This document shows positions 1-8,180 of a DNA stretch of 64,000 nt, in pieces; the stretch's first letter is position 1; the number at the start of each line of letters is the position of its first letter. A model generated the notes under the pieces. The model was not told the DNA's origin and did not search any database. It saw nothing but the letters and a program-made list of their open reading frames with translations. Origin of the DNA: Pyrinomonadaceae bacterium. GTDB lineage: Bacteria > Acidobacteriota > Blastocatellia > Pyrinomonadales > Pyrinomonadaceae. A program made the position numbers and the translations under genes. The stretch covers positions 13,425 through 77,424 of the forward strand of contig JBKBYA010000013.1 of the NCBI GenBank assembly GCA_046313635.1, read 5' to 3'.

Positions 1-477
1 AAGTGCCAGATCTTTATCGCGACGCGTGACGGTATGGCGGTAAAGTTCAACGAGTCGGACGTCCGCCCGATGGGCCGCGTGGCCCGCGGCGTTCGCGGCG
101 TGAACCTGCGAGGCGGCGACCAGGTCGTTTCGGTCTGCGCGGTCGATGCCGACGGCAAGCAAAAGATACTTTCCGTTTCTGAGAAAGGCTTTGGCAAGCA
201 GACGCAGGTCTCGAGCTATCGGCTCACAAAGCGCGGCGGCGTCGGCGTCATCAATATGAAGACCACCGAAAAGACTGGCAAGGTCGTCTCGGCCTTCCCG
301 GTGGTCGACGACAGCGAGATCATGATCATCACGCAGCAGGCGAAGCTCATCCGCCTCGGCGTCGATAAGATCCGCGAAACAGGCCGCTCGGCCCAGGGCG
401 TCACGCTGATCAAGACCGGCGAGGACGACCTCGTCACCAGCGCGACGCTGTTGGCTGAAGCAGAAGACGAAGAGTAA
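1..477 (+). CDS. gyrA: DNA gyrase subunit A, C-terminal part (5' end outside window)
   Basis: Frame open from base 1; beta-pinwheel repeats VRPMGRVARGVRG, KRGGVGVINMK, ETGRSAQGVTLI; acidic tail. Confidence 0.93.
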   Translation, partial: KCQIFIATRDGMAVKFNESDVRPMGRVARGVRGVNLRGGDQVVSVCAVDADGKQKILSVSEKGFGKQTQVSSYRLTKRGGVGVINMKTTEKTGKVVSAFPVVDDSEIMIITQQAKLIRLGVDKIRETGRSAQGVTLIKTGEDDLVTSATLLAEAEDEE

Positions 478-494
478 CCGGCAAAGCAGTAATG

Positions 495-533
495 AAAACT
501 AGCTGACAGCTAATAGCTGTCAGCTAGTTTTTT
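495..533. terminator. Bidirectional hairpin terminator built from AGCTnnn heptamers
   Basis: AAAACTAGCTGACAGCTA-A-TAGCTGTCAGCTAGTTTT perfect inverted repeat between convergent gyrA and ruvB. Confidence 0.8.
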
Positions 534-552
534 ATGCGCGATGTTCGACCTC

Positions 553-1581
553 TCATTCAAATAGAGGCGTAGCCTGCGCTGGCATGTTGAGGCCGAAGTG
601 TTCGTAGGCCCGGCGTGTCGCCATTCGGCCGCGGGGCGTGCGGTTGAGAAAGCCGATCTGCATCAGATAGGGCTCGATGATCTCCTCGATCGAGTCCTTT
701 TCTTCGTGGATAGACGCCGAGAGCGTGCCGAGACCGACCGGGCCGCCGTCGAATTTTTCGATGATCGTGAGCAGCATCTTGCGGTCCATCTCGTCGAGGC
801 CGAACGTGTCGACCTCCATCCGGTCGAGCGCGGCTCGGGCGACCGGCTCGTCGATGTGGCCCTCATAATCGACCTCGGCAAAGTCGCGCACGCGGCGAAG
901 CAGACGGTTCGCGATACGCGGCGTCCCGCGCGAGCGGCGTGCGATCTCGTGCGCTCCCGACTCGTCGATCGAGACGCCGAGAATGCCTGCCGAACGCTCG
1001 ACGATCGTGCGGAGGTCTTCGATCTGGTAAAAGTCGAGATTGAAGACGATCCCGAATCTTCCGCGCAGCGGCGCCGTGATCATCCCGGGCCGCGTCGTCG
1101 CCCCGACGAGCGTGAACTTTGGCAGCTCAAGCTTGATCGAACGCGCGGCCGTGCCCTGGCCGATCATAATGTCGAGGCTGTAATCCTCCATCGCCGGATA
1201 GAGGATCTCCTCGATCGCCGGGTTGAGACGATGGATCTCGTCGATAAAGAGCACGTCGCCCTCCTGCAGGTTGGTCAGGATGGCGGCGAGGTCGCCGGCC
1301 TTTTCGATGATCGGCCCGGCGGTCGATCTGAGCTCGGACGCCATCTCGTTGGCGACGATGTTTGACAGCGTCGTCTTGCCGACGCCGGGCGGGCCGGTCA
1401 GCAGGATGTGGTCGAGAGACTCACGGCGCTTGAGCGCGGCCTTCATAAAGACGCGGAGGTTCTCTTTGATCTTTTTTTGCCCGATATACTCGGCCAGACG
1501 TGTCGGCCGCAGAGACAGCTCGAACTGTTTGTCCTCGTCGAGCACACCGCCGCGAACTTCTATGTTGGAAGAATTCTCCAT
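553..1581 (-). CDS. ruvB: Holliday junction branch migration helicase RuvB
   Basis: [12 protein letters not shown], Walker [31 protein letters not shown]; start placed at MENSSN (1581). Confidence 0.97.
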   Translation of the reverse strand: MENSSNIEVRGGVLDEDKQFELSLRPTRLAEYIGQKKIKENLRVFMKAALKRRESLDHILLTGPPGVGKTTLSNIVANEMASELRSTAGPIIEKAGDLAAILTNLQEGDVLFIDEIHRLNPAIEEILYPAMEDYSLDIMIGQGTAARSIKLELPKFTLVGATTRPGMITAPLRGRFGIVFNLDFYQIEDLRTIVERSAGILGVSIDESGAHEIARRSRGTPRIANRLLRRVRDFAEVDYEGHIDEPVARAALDRMEVDTFGLDEMDRKMLLTIIEKFDGGPVGLGTLSASIHEEKDSIEEIIEPYLMQIGFLNRTPRGRMATRRAYEHFGLNMPAQATPLFE

Positions 1582-1585
1582 CGAA

Positions 1586-2350
1586 TCAGAACAATAATCC
1601 TTTGTGCCCCAGCGCCAAAATGTCCATCGATAATGCCACCGTGCAGTGCAGCACGAGGCCCATCCAGATATTGCCGGTGCGGTAGCTGAGCCAGCCGAGG
1701 AATATGCCCGCGACGATCGCGGCAAATGCCTCCGGCATCGGCTTGCCGAGATGGATCATCGTGTAGGGCACCGTCATCACAAAGACCGAGTAGACGCCGA
1801 GCGACCGCTTTAGGCTGTGGATTAAAAAACCTCTGAAAAAGAACTCAAGCCCGAAGAACTGCAAAAAGTACATCAGCTCCCAAACCGCGAGCGTCCAGCC
1901 GATGTACGGGTCGCCGTTGTAGATCTTCAGGAACGGATATCGCGATGCAAAGCCCTCGGTCGTCGACATCCAGTAGACGAGCGGCAGCATGACCGCGACG
2001 CATTGCGCGAGCAGCGGCCAGAAGCCTGGTTCGATCCGCAGGCTGAGCCCGAGGTCCGCGAGTCGGCCGCGGAACATTCTACGGACGATCACGGCTGGCA
2101 AGCCGACGTAAAAGACCATCGTCACGGCGGCCCAATAGCCGAGCAGTCGAATATTGCTGGCGTGCGGCTCGAGTATCCACGCGGCCGCATGATCGAGCGC
2201 CGGGGCGAACTTTGCGGCTGCCTCGACAAAGTCGGCGTTCTTGAAATAAAAGATCGCCGTCAGCCCGAAAGCGGCGTAAACGAGAGCGATCACGGCGCGT
2301 CGATCGAGCAGCTCGATGTCGTCGCGTAGCTTTGCGATGAGTTCAAACAT
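1586..2350 (-). CDS. CPBP (CAAX protease/Abi) family intramembrane metalloprotease
   Basis: Multi-TM; LEFFFRG motif, H in YTMIH, LVLH motif. Confidence 0.8.
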   Translation of the reverse strand: MFELIAKLRDDIELLDRRAVIALVYAAFGLTAIFYFKNADFVEAAAKFAPALDHAAAWILEPHASNIRLLGYWAAVTMVFYVGLPAVIVRRMFRGRLADLGLSLRIEPGFWPLLAQCVAVMLPLVYWMSTTEGFASRYPFLKIYNGDPYIGWTLAVWELMYFLQFFGLEFFFRGFLIHSLKRSLGVYSVFVMTVPYTMIHLGKPMPEAFAAIVAGIFLGWLSYRTGNIWMGLVLHCTVALSMDILALGHKGLLF

Positions 2351-2365
2351 CGAACGAGCGGCAGA

Positions 2366-2983
2366 TCATTTTGCCAGCAGCTGCAGGCCGCGTCGGAGGA
2401 GCTTCTGGACCGAAACTTCGGTGCCGTCCTGCACCGCCTGCTTGAGAGCTTTTTCCGCCATGCTGCGCTGGTAGCCGAGATTGACGAGGGCCGAAAGCGC
2501 GTCGTCGAATACAGCATCCGCCGGCAGCTGAGAGCTCGCGGCGGAACCTGCCGCGACGGCGCGTGCGGCTCCCTCTGACAGCTCGCCGATCTTGTCGCGG
2601 AGCTCGATCACGAGCCGCTCGGCGGTCTTTTTGCCGACGCCCGGGATCGAGGTGATCCGTGCGAGGTCCTCCGTGCGGATGGCCAGGATCAGCTCGTCGG
2701 CACTCATTCCGGAGAGAAAAGCGATGCCCGACTTTGCGCCAATGCCCTGTACCGAGATGAGCTTGAGATAGAGCTCGCGCTCGCGGGCCGTCTTAAAACC
2801 GAAAAGCTGGATCGCATCTTCTCGAACGTGCGTGTAGATGCGCAGGCTCACGTCCGAACCGACGTCGCCGAGCTCGTAATAGGTCGAGAGCGGGACCGTG
2901 ATCTCGTAGCCGACACCGCCGACATCGACGATCACGACATTTGCATATTTCTCGAGGAGCTTGCCTGACAGGGATCCGATCAT
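2366..2983 (-). CDS. ruvA: Holliday junction binding protein RuvA
   Basis: MIGSLSGKL..VDVGGVGYEI, HhH motifs VQGIGAK and IPGVGKKTAERL, ALVNLGY; start at MIGS (2983). Confidence 0.97.
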   Translation of the reverse strand: MIGSLSGKLLEKYANVVIVDVGGVGYEITVPLSTYYELGDVGSDVSLRIYTHVREDAIQLFGFKTARERELYLKLISVQGIGAKSGIAFLSGMSADELILAIRTEDLARITSIPGVGKKTAERLVIELRDKIGELSEGAARAVAAGSAASSQLPADAVFDDALSALVNLGYQRSMAEKALKQAVQDGTEVSVQKLLRRGLQLLAK

Positions 2984-3258
2984 TGTTTCACGCGTGCAAC
3001 ACAATTGTAGAGTAAACCTCAGCGCGGGGCAAAGCATTCGACCCGGGTCACGCTTCGTCCGCTCCCGAGCGATCGCCGCTGACCGACCCGCACGGGGCTA
3101 GATCTTTCCCGAGCACCGAAATCCTTGGCCTCGGCGATAGAAACGAGTAATATGGGCTTACGGCTATTGCTTCTCGGTCGCAGGCACGATGCCCGCGGGC
3201 CGATCTGATCCGGTTGCGGCGGCGCAAGTCGTCTTAGAAGTTTTGAAAAGAGGTTTTT

Positions 3259-3582
3259 ATGCGTAATAGCGTTTTTGTTAAGCGGGTCTTGCCGTTCTTC
3301 CTAGCCCTTGCAGCAGGTCTGTACGTCGCAAGCTTCTTTGTGGACATAATGCCGCGATTCAATGCGAGCGATCGCAGGATCGAGGGCTGCCGCGAGATGC
3401 AGCGACTGCGGATCGAGAATGACGAGCTGCGTCGCCAGAATCAGGACCTCCGCGACGAGGTCGATAGTTACAGATTCAGCCGTCCGACGTCAGCGCATGG
3501 TGTGCCTCGGAGCGATTGGGGAACGTCGCGATTTGAAGTTCCGCCCCCGCCGACGGTGACGTCGCCGCGAACCGTGAGATAG
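3259..3582 (+). CDS. Hypothetical membrane-anchored coiled-coil protein
   Basis: N-terminal hydrophobic helix, coiled-coil LRIENDELRRQNQDLR, Pro-rich end; GAGG upstream. Confidence 0.6.
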   Translation: MRNSVFVKRVLPFFLALAAGLYVASFFVDIMPRFNASDRRIEGCREMQRLRIENDELRRQNQDLRDEVDSYRFSRPTSAHGVPRSDWGTSRFEVPPPPTVTSPRTVR

Positions 3583-3693
3583 CGGCACGCTGACCTTTCA
3601 AACTGGCCACGGATTAACCCGACCGTACGGTTGTGTTAATCTGTGGCTTCGTTTTTTGGTCCGCCCGACATTCTGCCGTCGGCGGACGTTTCT

Positions 3694-4497
3694 ATGGACG
3701 AGTCTCAAGCCCGAAAAGAAATTGTCGAGATCGGCCGCCTGATGTACGAGCGGAGCTACGTCGTCTCGTCGGACGGCAACATCAGCGTGCGTCTTGACGA
3801 TAATACCGTGCTCGCGACGCCGACGATGACCTGCAAGGGGCGAATGACCGAGAACTCGCTTGCGCTTACCGATATGGAAGGCAAGCCCCTGTCGGACAAA
3901 CGGGCATCGTCCGAGCTGGCGATGCACCTCTTGATCTATCGCGAGCGGCCTGACGTCAAGGCGGTCTGTCACGCTCACCCGCCGCACGGAACGGCTTTCG
4001 CCGTTGCCGGGCTGGCGATCGACAAGCCGATACTCTCCGAAGTGATCCTGACCCTGGGCTGCGTGCCGCTGACCGAGTACGGTACGCCTTCGACATCGGA
4101 GCTGACCGAGGCGATGAAGCCTTACGTTACGCATCACAACGCGCTCCTGATGGCCAATCACGGCGCGGTCGCGTACGGCGAAGACCTGTGGCAGGCTTGG
4201 GACCGTCTCGAGACGCTCGAGCACACCGCAAAGATCGCGATCCTCGCAAAGGCGCTCGGCGGTGCCAACGACCTGCCGACCGATGCGATCGAAAAGCTGA
4301 TCAGCATTCGCGAAAAGGCCGGTTATCTAAAAGAGAACGCCCGCTGCCAGGCCTGCGGCTACCTGCATACGGCCGGCATCGCGTGCGACCTCGACGTCGA
4401 ATATCCAGGAGCGGCGGGCTCCAACGGCGCGGCTAGAATTTCGTTCACGCGCGAAGAGCTGATCGAGCTTTTGAGCCAGGCGGCGCGATTGAGTTAA
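3694..4497 (+). CDS. Class II aldolase/adducin family protein (FucA-like), BMC-associated
   Basis: DGNISVR, SSELAMH, HAHPPH, ANHG zinc ligands; C-terminal extension; start at MDESQ (3694). Confidence 0.9.
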   Translation: MDESQARKEIVEIGRLMYERSYVVSSDGNISVRLDDNTVLATPTMTCKGRMTENSLALTDMEGKPLSDKRASSELAMHLLIYRERPDVKAVCHAHPPHGTAFAVAGLAIDKPILSEVILTLGCVPLTEYGTPSTSELTEAMKPYVTHHNALLMANHGAVAYGEDLWQAWDRLETLEHTAKIAILAKALGGANDLPTDAIEKLISIREKAGYLKENARCQACGYLHTAGIACDLDVEYPGAAGSNGAARISFTREELIELLSQAARLS

Positions 4498-4548
4498 ACT
4501 GACTTCACTTCAAATCCCGTTTTTTAACGATTCAGGAGCAAAAACTAA

Positions 4549-4827
4549 ATGCAGGAAGCATTAGGAATGGTCGAGACCAAAGGTCTCGTGGCGATGATCG
4601 AGGCAGCCGACGCGATGGTCAAGGCCGCGAATGTGCAGCTCGTCGGTTACGAAAAGATCGGCGCCGGATTTGTCACAGCCATCGTTCGCGGTGACGTCGC
4701 CGCCGTCAAGGCCGCGACCGACGCCGGCGCCGCCGCCGCCCGCCGCGTCGGCGAGCTCGTCAGCGTACACGTCATCCCGCGTCCGCACTCAAGCGTCGAC
4801 GAGACACTGCCGGTCGTAATGAAATAG
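4549..4827 (+). CDS. BMC hexameric shell protein (BMC-H, EutM/PduA-like)
   Basis: [51 protein letters not shown]. Confidence 0.97.
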   Translation: MQEALGMVETKGLVAMIEAADAMVKAANVQLVGYEKIGAGFVTAIVRGDVAAVKAATDAGAAAARRVGELVSVHVIPRPHSSVDETLPVVMK

Positions 4828-4900
4828 TGGTCAGTGATCCGTGGTCAGTGGTCAGAAATTTCTGATACTGACCACCGACCGCTGACAACCGACCACTGAC
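4827..4900. repeat. Inverted heptamer array (GTGGTCA / CTGACCA)
   Basis: GTGGTCA GTGATCC GTGGTCA GTGGTCA ... CTGACCA CCGACCG CTGACAA CCGACCA CTGAC; spans stop codon to next ATG. Confidence 0.85.
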
Positions 4901-5170
4901 ATGATCATCGGACGCATTTTAGGCACCGTCGTTTCGACGCAGAAGGACCCGCGGCTCAGCGGCAAGAAGCTGCTGATCGTAAAGCCCATTAACCTCGACG
5001 GCTCCGACCAGAGCGGATACGTCGTCGCGGTCGATACGGTCGGCGCGGGCTTTCATGAAAAGGTGATCGTCGTCGGCGGCTCGTCGGCACGCATGGCCGA
5101 GGGCAACAAGGATTGCCCGGTCGACTCCGCGATAATCGGCGTCATCGACACCATCGACTTCACTTCATAG
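4901..5170 (+). CDS. BMC pentameric vertex protein (EutN/CcmL family) 1
   Basis: MIIGRILGTVVSTQKD..LSGKKLLIV..VAVDTVGAG..DSAIIGVID. Confidence 0.95.
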   Translation: MIIGRILGTVVSTQKDPRLSGKKLLIVKPINLDGSDQSGYVVAVDTVGAGFHEKVIVVGGSSARMAEGNKDCPVDSAIIGVIDTIDFTS

Positions 5171-5175
5171 ACCCC

Positions 5176-5457
5176 GTGCAAATTGCCCGCGTCATCGGAA
5201 CCGTTGTCTCGACCGTCAAAAACGAAACGCTCGAGGGCCGAAAGTTCTTGATCGTCCAGACGCTCGACGCCGATCTCAAACCTAAGGGATCGCCGCAGGT
5301 CGCGCTCGACGCGGTCGGAGCCGGCATCGGCGAATTGGTCTTCTGGTGCCGAGGAAAGGAAGCATCGTTTCCGTTCAAGCGCGACGAGACGCCGACCGAC
5401 TGCACTATCGTCGGGATCATCGACTCGGACGCGCACGTTTATAACGGCGAGGGATGA
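5176..5457 (+). CDS. BMC pentameric vertex protein (EutN/CcmL family) 2
   Basis: GTG start at 5176: (M)QIARVIGTVVSTVKN..ALDAVGAGIGELV..DCTIVGIID. Confidence 0.93.
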   Translation: MQIARVIGTVVSTVKNETLEGRKFLIVQTLDADLKPKGSPQVALDAVGAGIGELVFWCRGKEASFPFKRDETPTDCTIVGIIDSDAHVYNGEG

Positions 5458-5626
5458 ATGGTAAGAGGCAAACTGTAAGCGGTAAATGTTAGGTCGCACG
5501 GCGTAAATGGTGAATCGTAAATCGTAAATGAATTGCTTACGGTCATACCAGGTAGTTGGAGTCAAAAATTTACCGTTTACCAGTTACCTCTTACCGTTCA
5601 CCATTCACCACTGACACTTCACCGCT
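5455..5626. repeat. Inverted heptamer array (nnGGTAA, ATCGTAA / TTACCnn, TTCACCn)
   Basis: ATGGTAA GAGGCAA ACTGTAA GCGGTAA ... ATGGTGA ATCGTAA ATCGTAA ... TTTACCG TTTACCA GTTACCT CTTACCG TTCACCA TTCACCA. Confidence 0.8.
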
Positions 5627-5634
5627 AAAGAGAG

Positions 5635-5928
5635 ATGTTGATCGCCAGAGTCATCGGTAATGTCGTCGCGACGCAGAAGAATCAGCGTTACGAGGGAACG
5701 CGCGTGATGCTCTGCCGGCAGATCACGCCCGAGGGCCAGGACATGGATTACACCTGCCTCGCGCTCGACTCGGTCAACGCCGGCGAAGGCGACATCGTCG
5801 TCATCGCGCAGGAAGGCTGGTCGGCATCGACCGCTTCGACCGGGCGGCCCGGAGCGGCGATCGACTCGGCGATCGTCGGTATGGTGGATTACATCGATCT
5901 GCTGGGGACCGATCTCTCCAGTGAATAG
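5635..5928 (+). CDS. BMC pentameric vertex protein (EutN/CcmL family) 3
   Basis: MLIARVIGNVVATQKN..ALDSVNAGEGDIV..IDSAIVGMVD. Confidence 0.93.
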   Translation: MLIARVIGNVVATQKNQRYEGTRVMLCRQITPEGQDMDYTCLALDSVNAGEGDIVVIAQEGWSASTASTGRPGAAIDSAIVGMVDYIDLLGTDLSSE

Positions 5929-5992
5929 TTAGTAGTGGGTAGTTGTTAGTTAAGAAACCAACTACCCACTCTCCACTTTTAACTATTAACTG
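5920..5992. repeat. Inverted heptamer array (AGTnnnT / nACTnnn)
   Basis: AGTGAAT AGTTAGT AGTGGGT AGTTGTT ... AACTACC CACTCTC CACTTTT AACTATT. Confidence 0.7.
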
Positions 5993-6003
5993 AAAAAACG
6001 TGT

Positions 6004-6363
6004 ATGGCTGACAGTATCGTCCTCCAGAAATCGATAAAGTTCGCCCTCAGGATCGTCGGTCTATACAAATATCTAACCGAGCAGAAACAGGAGTTCATCC
6101 TCTCCAAACAGGTTCTTCTTTCCGGAGCCTATATCGCCAAACACGTCAAAGCCGAGCTTCACGCACGCGGGCGAGACAGGTTCTCCGCGGACATGTTTGT
6201 CGCGATGCAAAAGGCTTTGGAGACAGAACTCTGGCTGCTGCTGCTGAAGGAGGCCGAATTTATCAGCTCGGACCAGTACGACTCGATGAACGCGGATTGC
6301 GTCGAGCTGATCAAGCTGACATCATCGATCTCTAAGACCTCATACGAAAATGAAACAGCGTGA
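6004..6363 (+). CDS. Four helix bundle protein (23S rRNA IVP/TIGR02436-like), divergent
   Basis: KSIKFALRIVGLYKYL..KQEFILSKQVLLSG..ETELWLLLL..DCVELIKL pattern. Confidence 0.8.
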   Translation: MADSIVLQKSIKFALRIVGLYKYLTEQKQEFILSKQVLLSGAYIAKHVKAELHARGRDRFSADMFVAMQKALETELWLLLLKEAEFISSDQYDSMNADCVELIKLTSSISKTSYENETA

Positions 6364-6667
6364 ATCGCTCGCCGAAAAGATCGCCCAGCTTATCGAGTCA
6401 GAGAGGCCGCAGCCCGCTGACCTTGCGTCGATCTTTGCGAGCATCGAAAAATTGAATCATCGGCTCGACAAGCTCGAGTCCTCGCTTTCTCAGAATTCCG
6501 CAGCCCGCGTTTCCCATTCGGCGCATCCGAGCGTTGAGAGGTTCAATGTCGCCGAGGCGATCGCCGACGCTCTCTTCGACGCCAAGACAAAAGAAAAGGC
6601 CTGCACGTTCGAGCCGAACGCGAGGCCTTGCGATAACTGCGGGTTGTGCAGCTCCCGCGGATTCTAG
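6350..6667 (+). CDS. Hypothetical helical protein with C-terminal Cx8Cx2Cx2C motif
   Basis: Overlaps previous gene by 14 bp; ends CTFEPNARPCDNCGLCSSRGF. Confidence 0.75.
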   Translation: MKQRESLAEKIAQLIESERPQPADLASIFASIEKLNHRLDKLESSLSQNSAARVSHSAHPSVERFNVAEAIADALFDAKTKEKACTFEPNARPCDNCGLCSSRGF

Positions 6668-7323
6668 CGATCTGCCGGAGCGGCCGGCTGCGCGGGGGCA
6701 GCCGGTGCGGTCTGGTTTCTCCGCATTGCGTTCGGGTCGCCGATGTCGGGCGCCTGACGTGATGACGGGTCGGCCTGGAAGAACGGCTCTTCTTTGAATC
6801 CGAGCAGACCGGCCGTGAGCACCGCCGGGAAAGAATTTCTCGTCGTGTTGTAATCGGTCACCGCCGCGTTGTAATCGTCACGAGCGACCTTGATACGGTT
6901 CTCGGTGCCGGCCAGCTCGGTTTGCACGTTCATGAACGCCTCGGTCGAACGCAGCTGCGGATACGATTCCTGCAGGCTCAGTAGTCGGCCGAGAGTGCCG
7001 CCAAAACTGTTGTTTGCCTCGATGATCGCCTGGACCTGCTCGGGCGACCGTCCGCCTTCGGCCGCCGGCGGGGCTGACGTCGCGTTCAGCAGCCGTGAAC
7101 GGGCCTCGGCGATCTGGCCAAAGACCTCCTGCTCCTGCACGCCTGCCATCTGCGCCGCCTTGACGAGATTGGGCACGAGATCGGCACGCCTCTGCAGTGC
7201 GCTCTCGACGTTGGCCCAGGCGCCGCGCACCTTCTGCTGCTTGGCCGTCAATTCGTTGTAACTGCAGCCGCTCAGGCCAAAGGCCGCAAGCATTACGATC
7301 GTTAACAAAAGAACTTTTTTCAT
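6664..7323 (-). CDS. lemA: LemA family lipoprotein
   Basis: Lipobox LSGC; WANVESALQRRADLVPNLV, ESYPQLRS, LAGTENRIKVARDDYN. Confidence 0.93.
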   Translation of the reverse strand: MKKVLLLTIVMLAAFGLSGCSYNELTAKQQKVRGAWANVESALQRRADLVPNLVKAAQMAGVQEQEVFGQIAEARSRLLNATSAPPAAEGGRSPEQVQAIIEANNSFGGTLGRLLSLQESYPQLRSTEAFMNVQTELAGTENRIKVARDDYNAAVTDYNTTRNSFPAVLTAGLLGFKEEPFFQADPSSRQAPDIGDPNAMRRNQTAPAAPAQPAAPADR

Positions 7324-7397
7324 AGCTTCACTCCTCTAAAGACTCCAAACAGATATCGTATCCAAAACCAAGTAACGAACGGGAGCAACTTACGGGA

Positions 7398-8123
7398 TCA
7401 AGCGGCGTCGAGACGGTCGACAGCGTCGATGACCGCCTCGATCTGCGTCATATATTCGCCAAACAATTCGTTTGCCTCAGACTCGGTCATTCGGTGATCG
7501 AGATTGTCGCCGCGGACGTTAAAGATCTTTTCAAATACCGTACCGTCGAGACCGAGCCGTTCGACGGCGAGGGCCACGACCTCGTGCTTTTTTACCGGCG
7601 GCCGCAGACCGTGCAGCAGCAGCACCGCGCGAAACAGTGTCGCAAAGCTCGCGAGACTGTCGGCCATCAGATCCTGAAGTCCCTCGACAGACGCCGATGC
7701 CGGGATGTACTGCCGCCGGAGCAGCAGCAGCTTGCTCCGAAGCTCATACTCGGTCTGGTGTCGCAGGTTTGCGTCGGTGAGTTTGATGTCGGCAAGCAGG
7801 TCCGGGCCGTAGAGCACGCGACGCGCAGCCTCGATCTGGCGAAACTCGATCGGGAAGACATCGGCCGCATTCTCGAGCTCGGACGCGGTGAAATAGATCG
7901 GCACCGGATGGCCGAGCTTCGCCCATTCGCGGACGGCGGCGTGAGCGTTTCTCAGATCGCTCGGCCCTATCTGCCGCAGCACGACCAGCAGATTCTGCTC
8001 CGACGGCAGGCCGCCGTCGTCGCCCGCCGCGGCGGCCCCGTATAGGACGACCGAAACGAGGTTGCTGCCGTGCGTCGCCCGCAGATCTTCGATGAATGCC
8101 TGGTACTGTTGTCTCATCGTCAT
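7398..8123 (-). CDS. Nucleotidyltransferase-fold protein (LemA/TPM-associated)
   Basis: NLVSVVLYG..NLLVVL, DVFPIEF..RVLYGPD pattern; between TPM and lemA. Confidence 0.7.
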   Translation of the reverse strand: MTMRQQYQAFIEDLRATHGSNLVSVVLYGAAAAGDDGGLPSEQNLLVVLRQIGPSDLRNAHAAVREWAKLGHPVPIYFTASELENAADVFPIEFRQIEAARRVLYGPDLLADIKLTDANLRHQTEYELRSKLLLLRRQYIPASASVEGLQDLMADSLASFATLFRAVLLLHGLRPPVKKHEVVALAVERLGLDGTVFEKIFNVRGDNLDHRMTESEANELFGEYMTQIEAVIDAVDRLDAA

Positions 8124-8180
8124 CTCGTTCTAGTTGTGATCGTGATGTTCACCACCTGCCTGTCCACGGATCACCGTCAA

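Noticed and set aside
598..1365. Long antisense ORFs here and opposite uvrA, accC, hflX and the histidine kinase
   Set aside because: Shadow frames expected in high-GC coding DNA; the opposite strand holds the recognisable genes.
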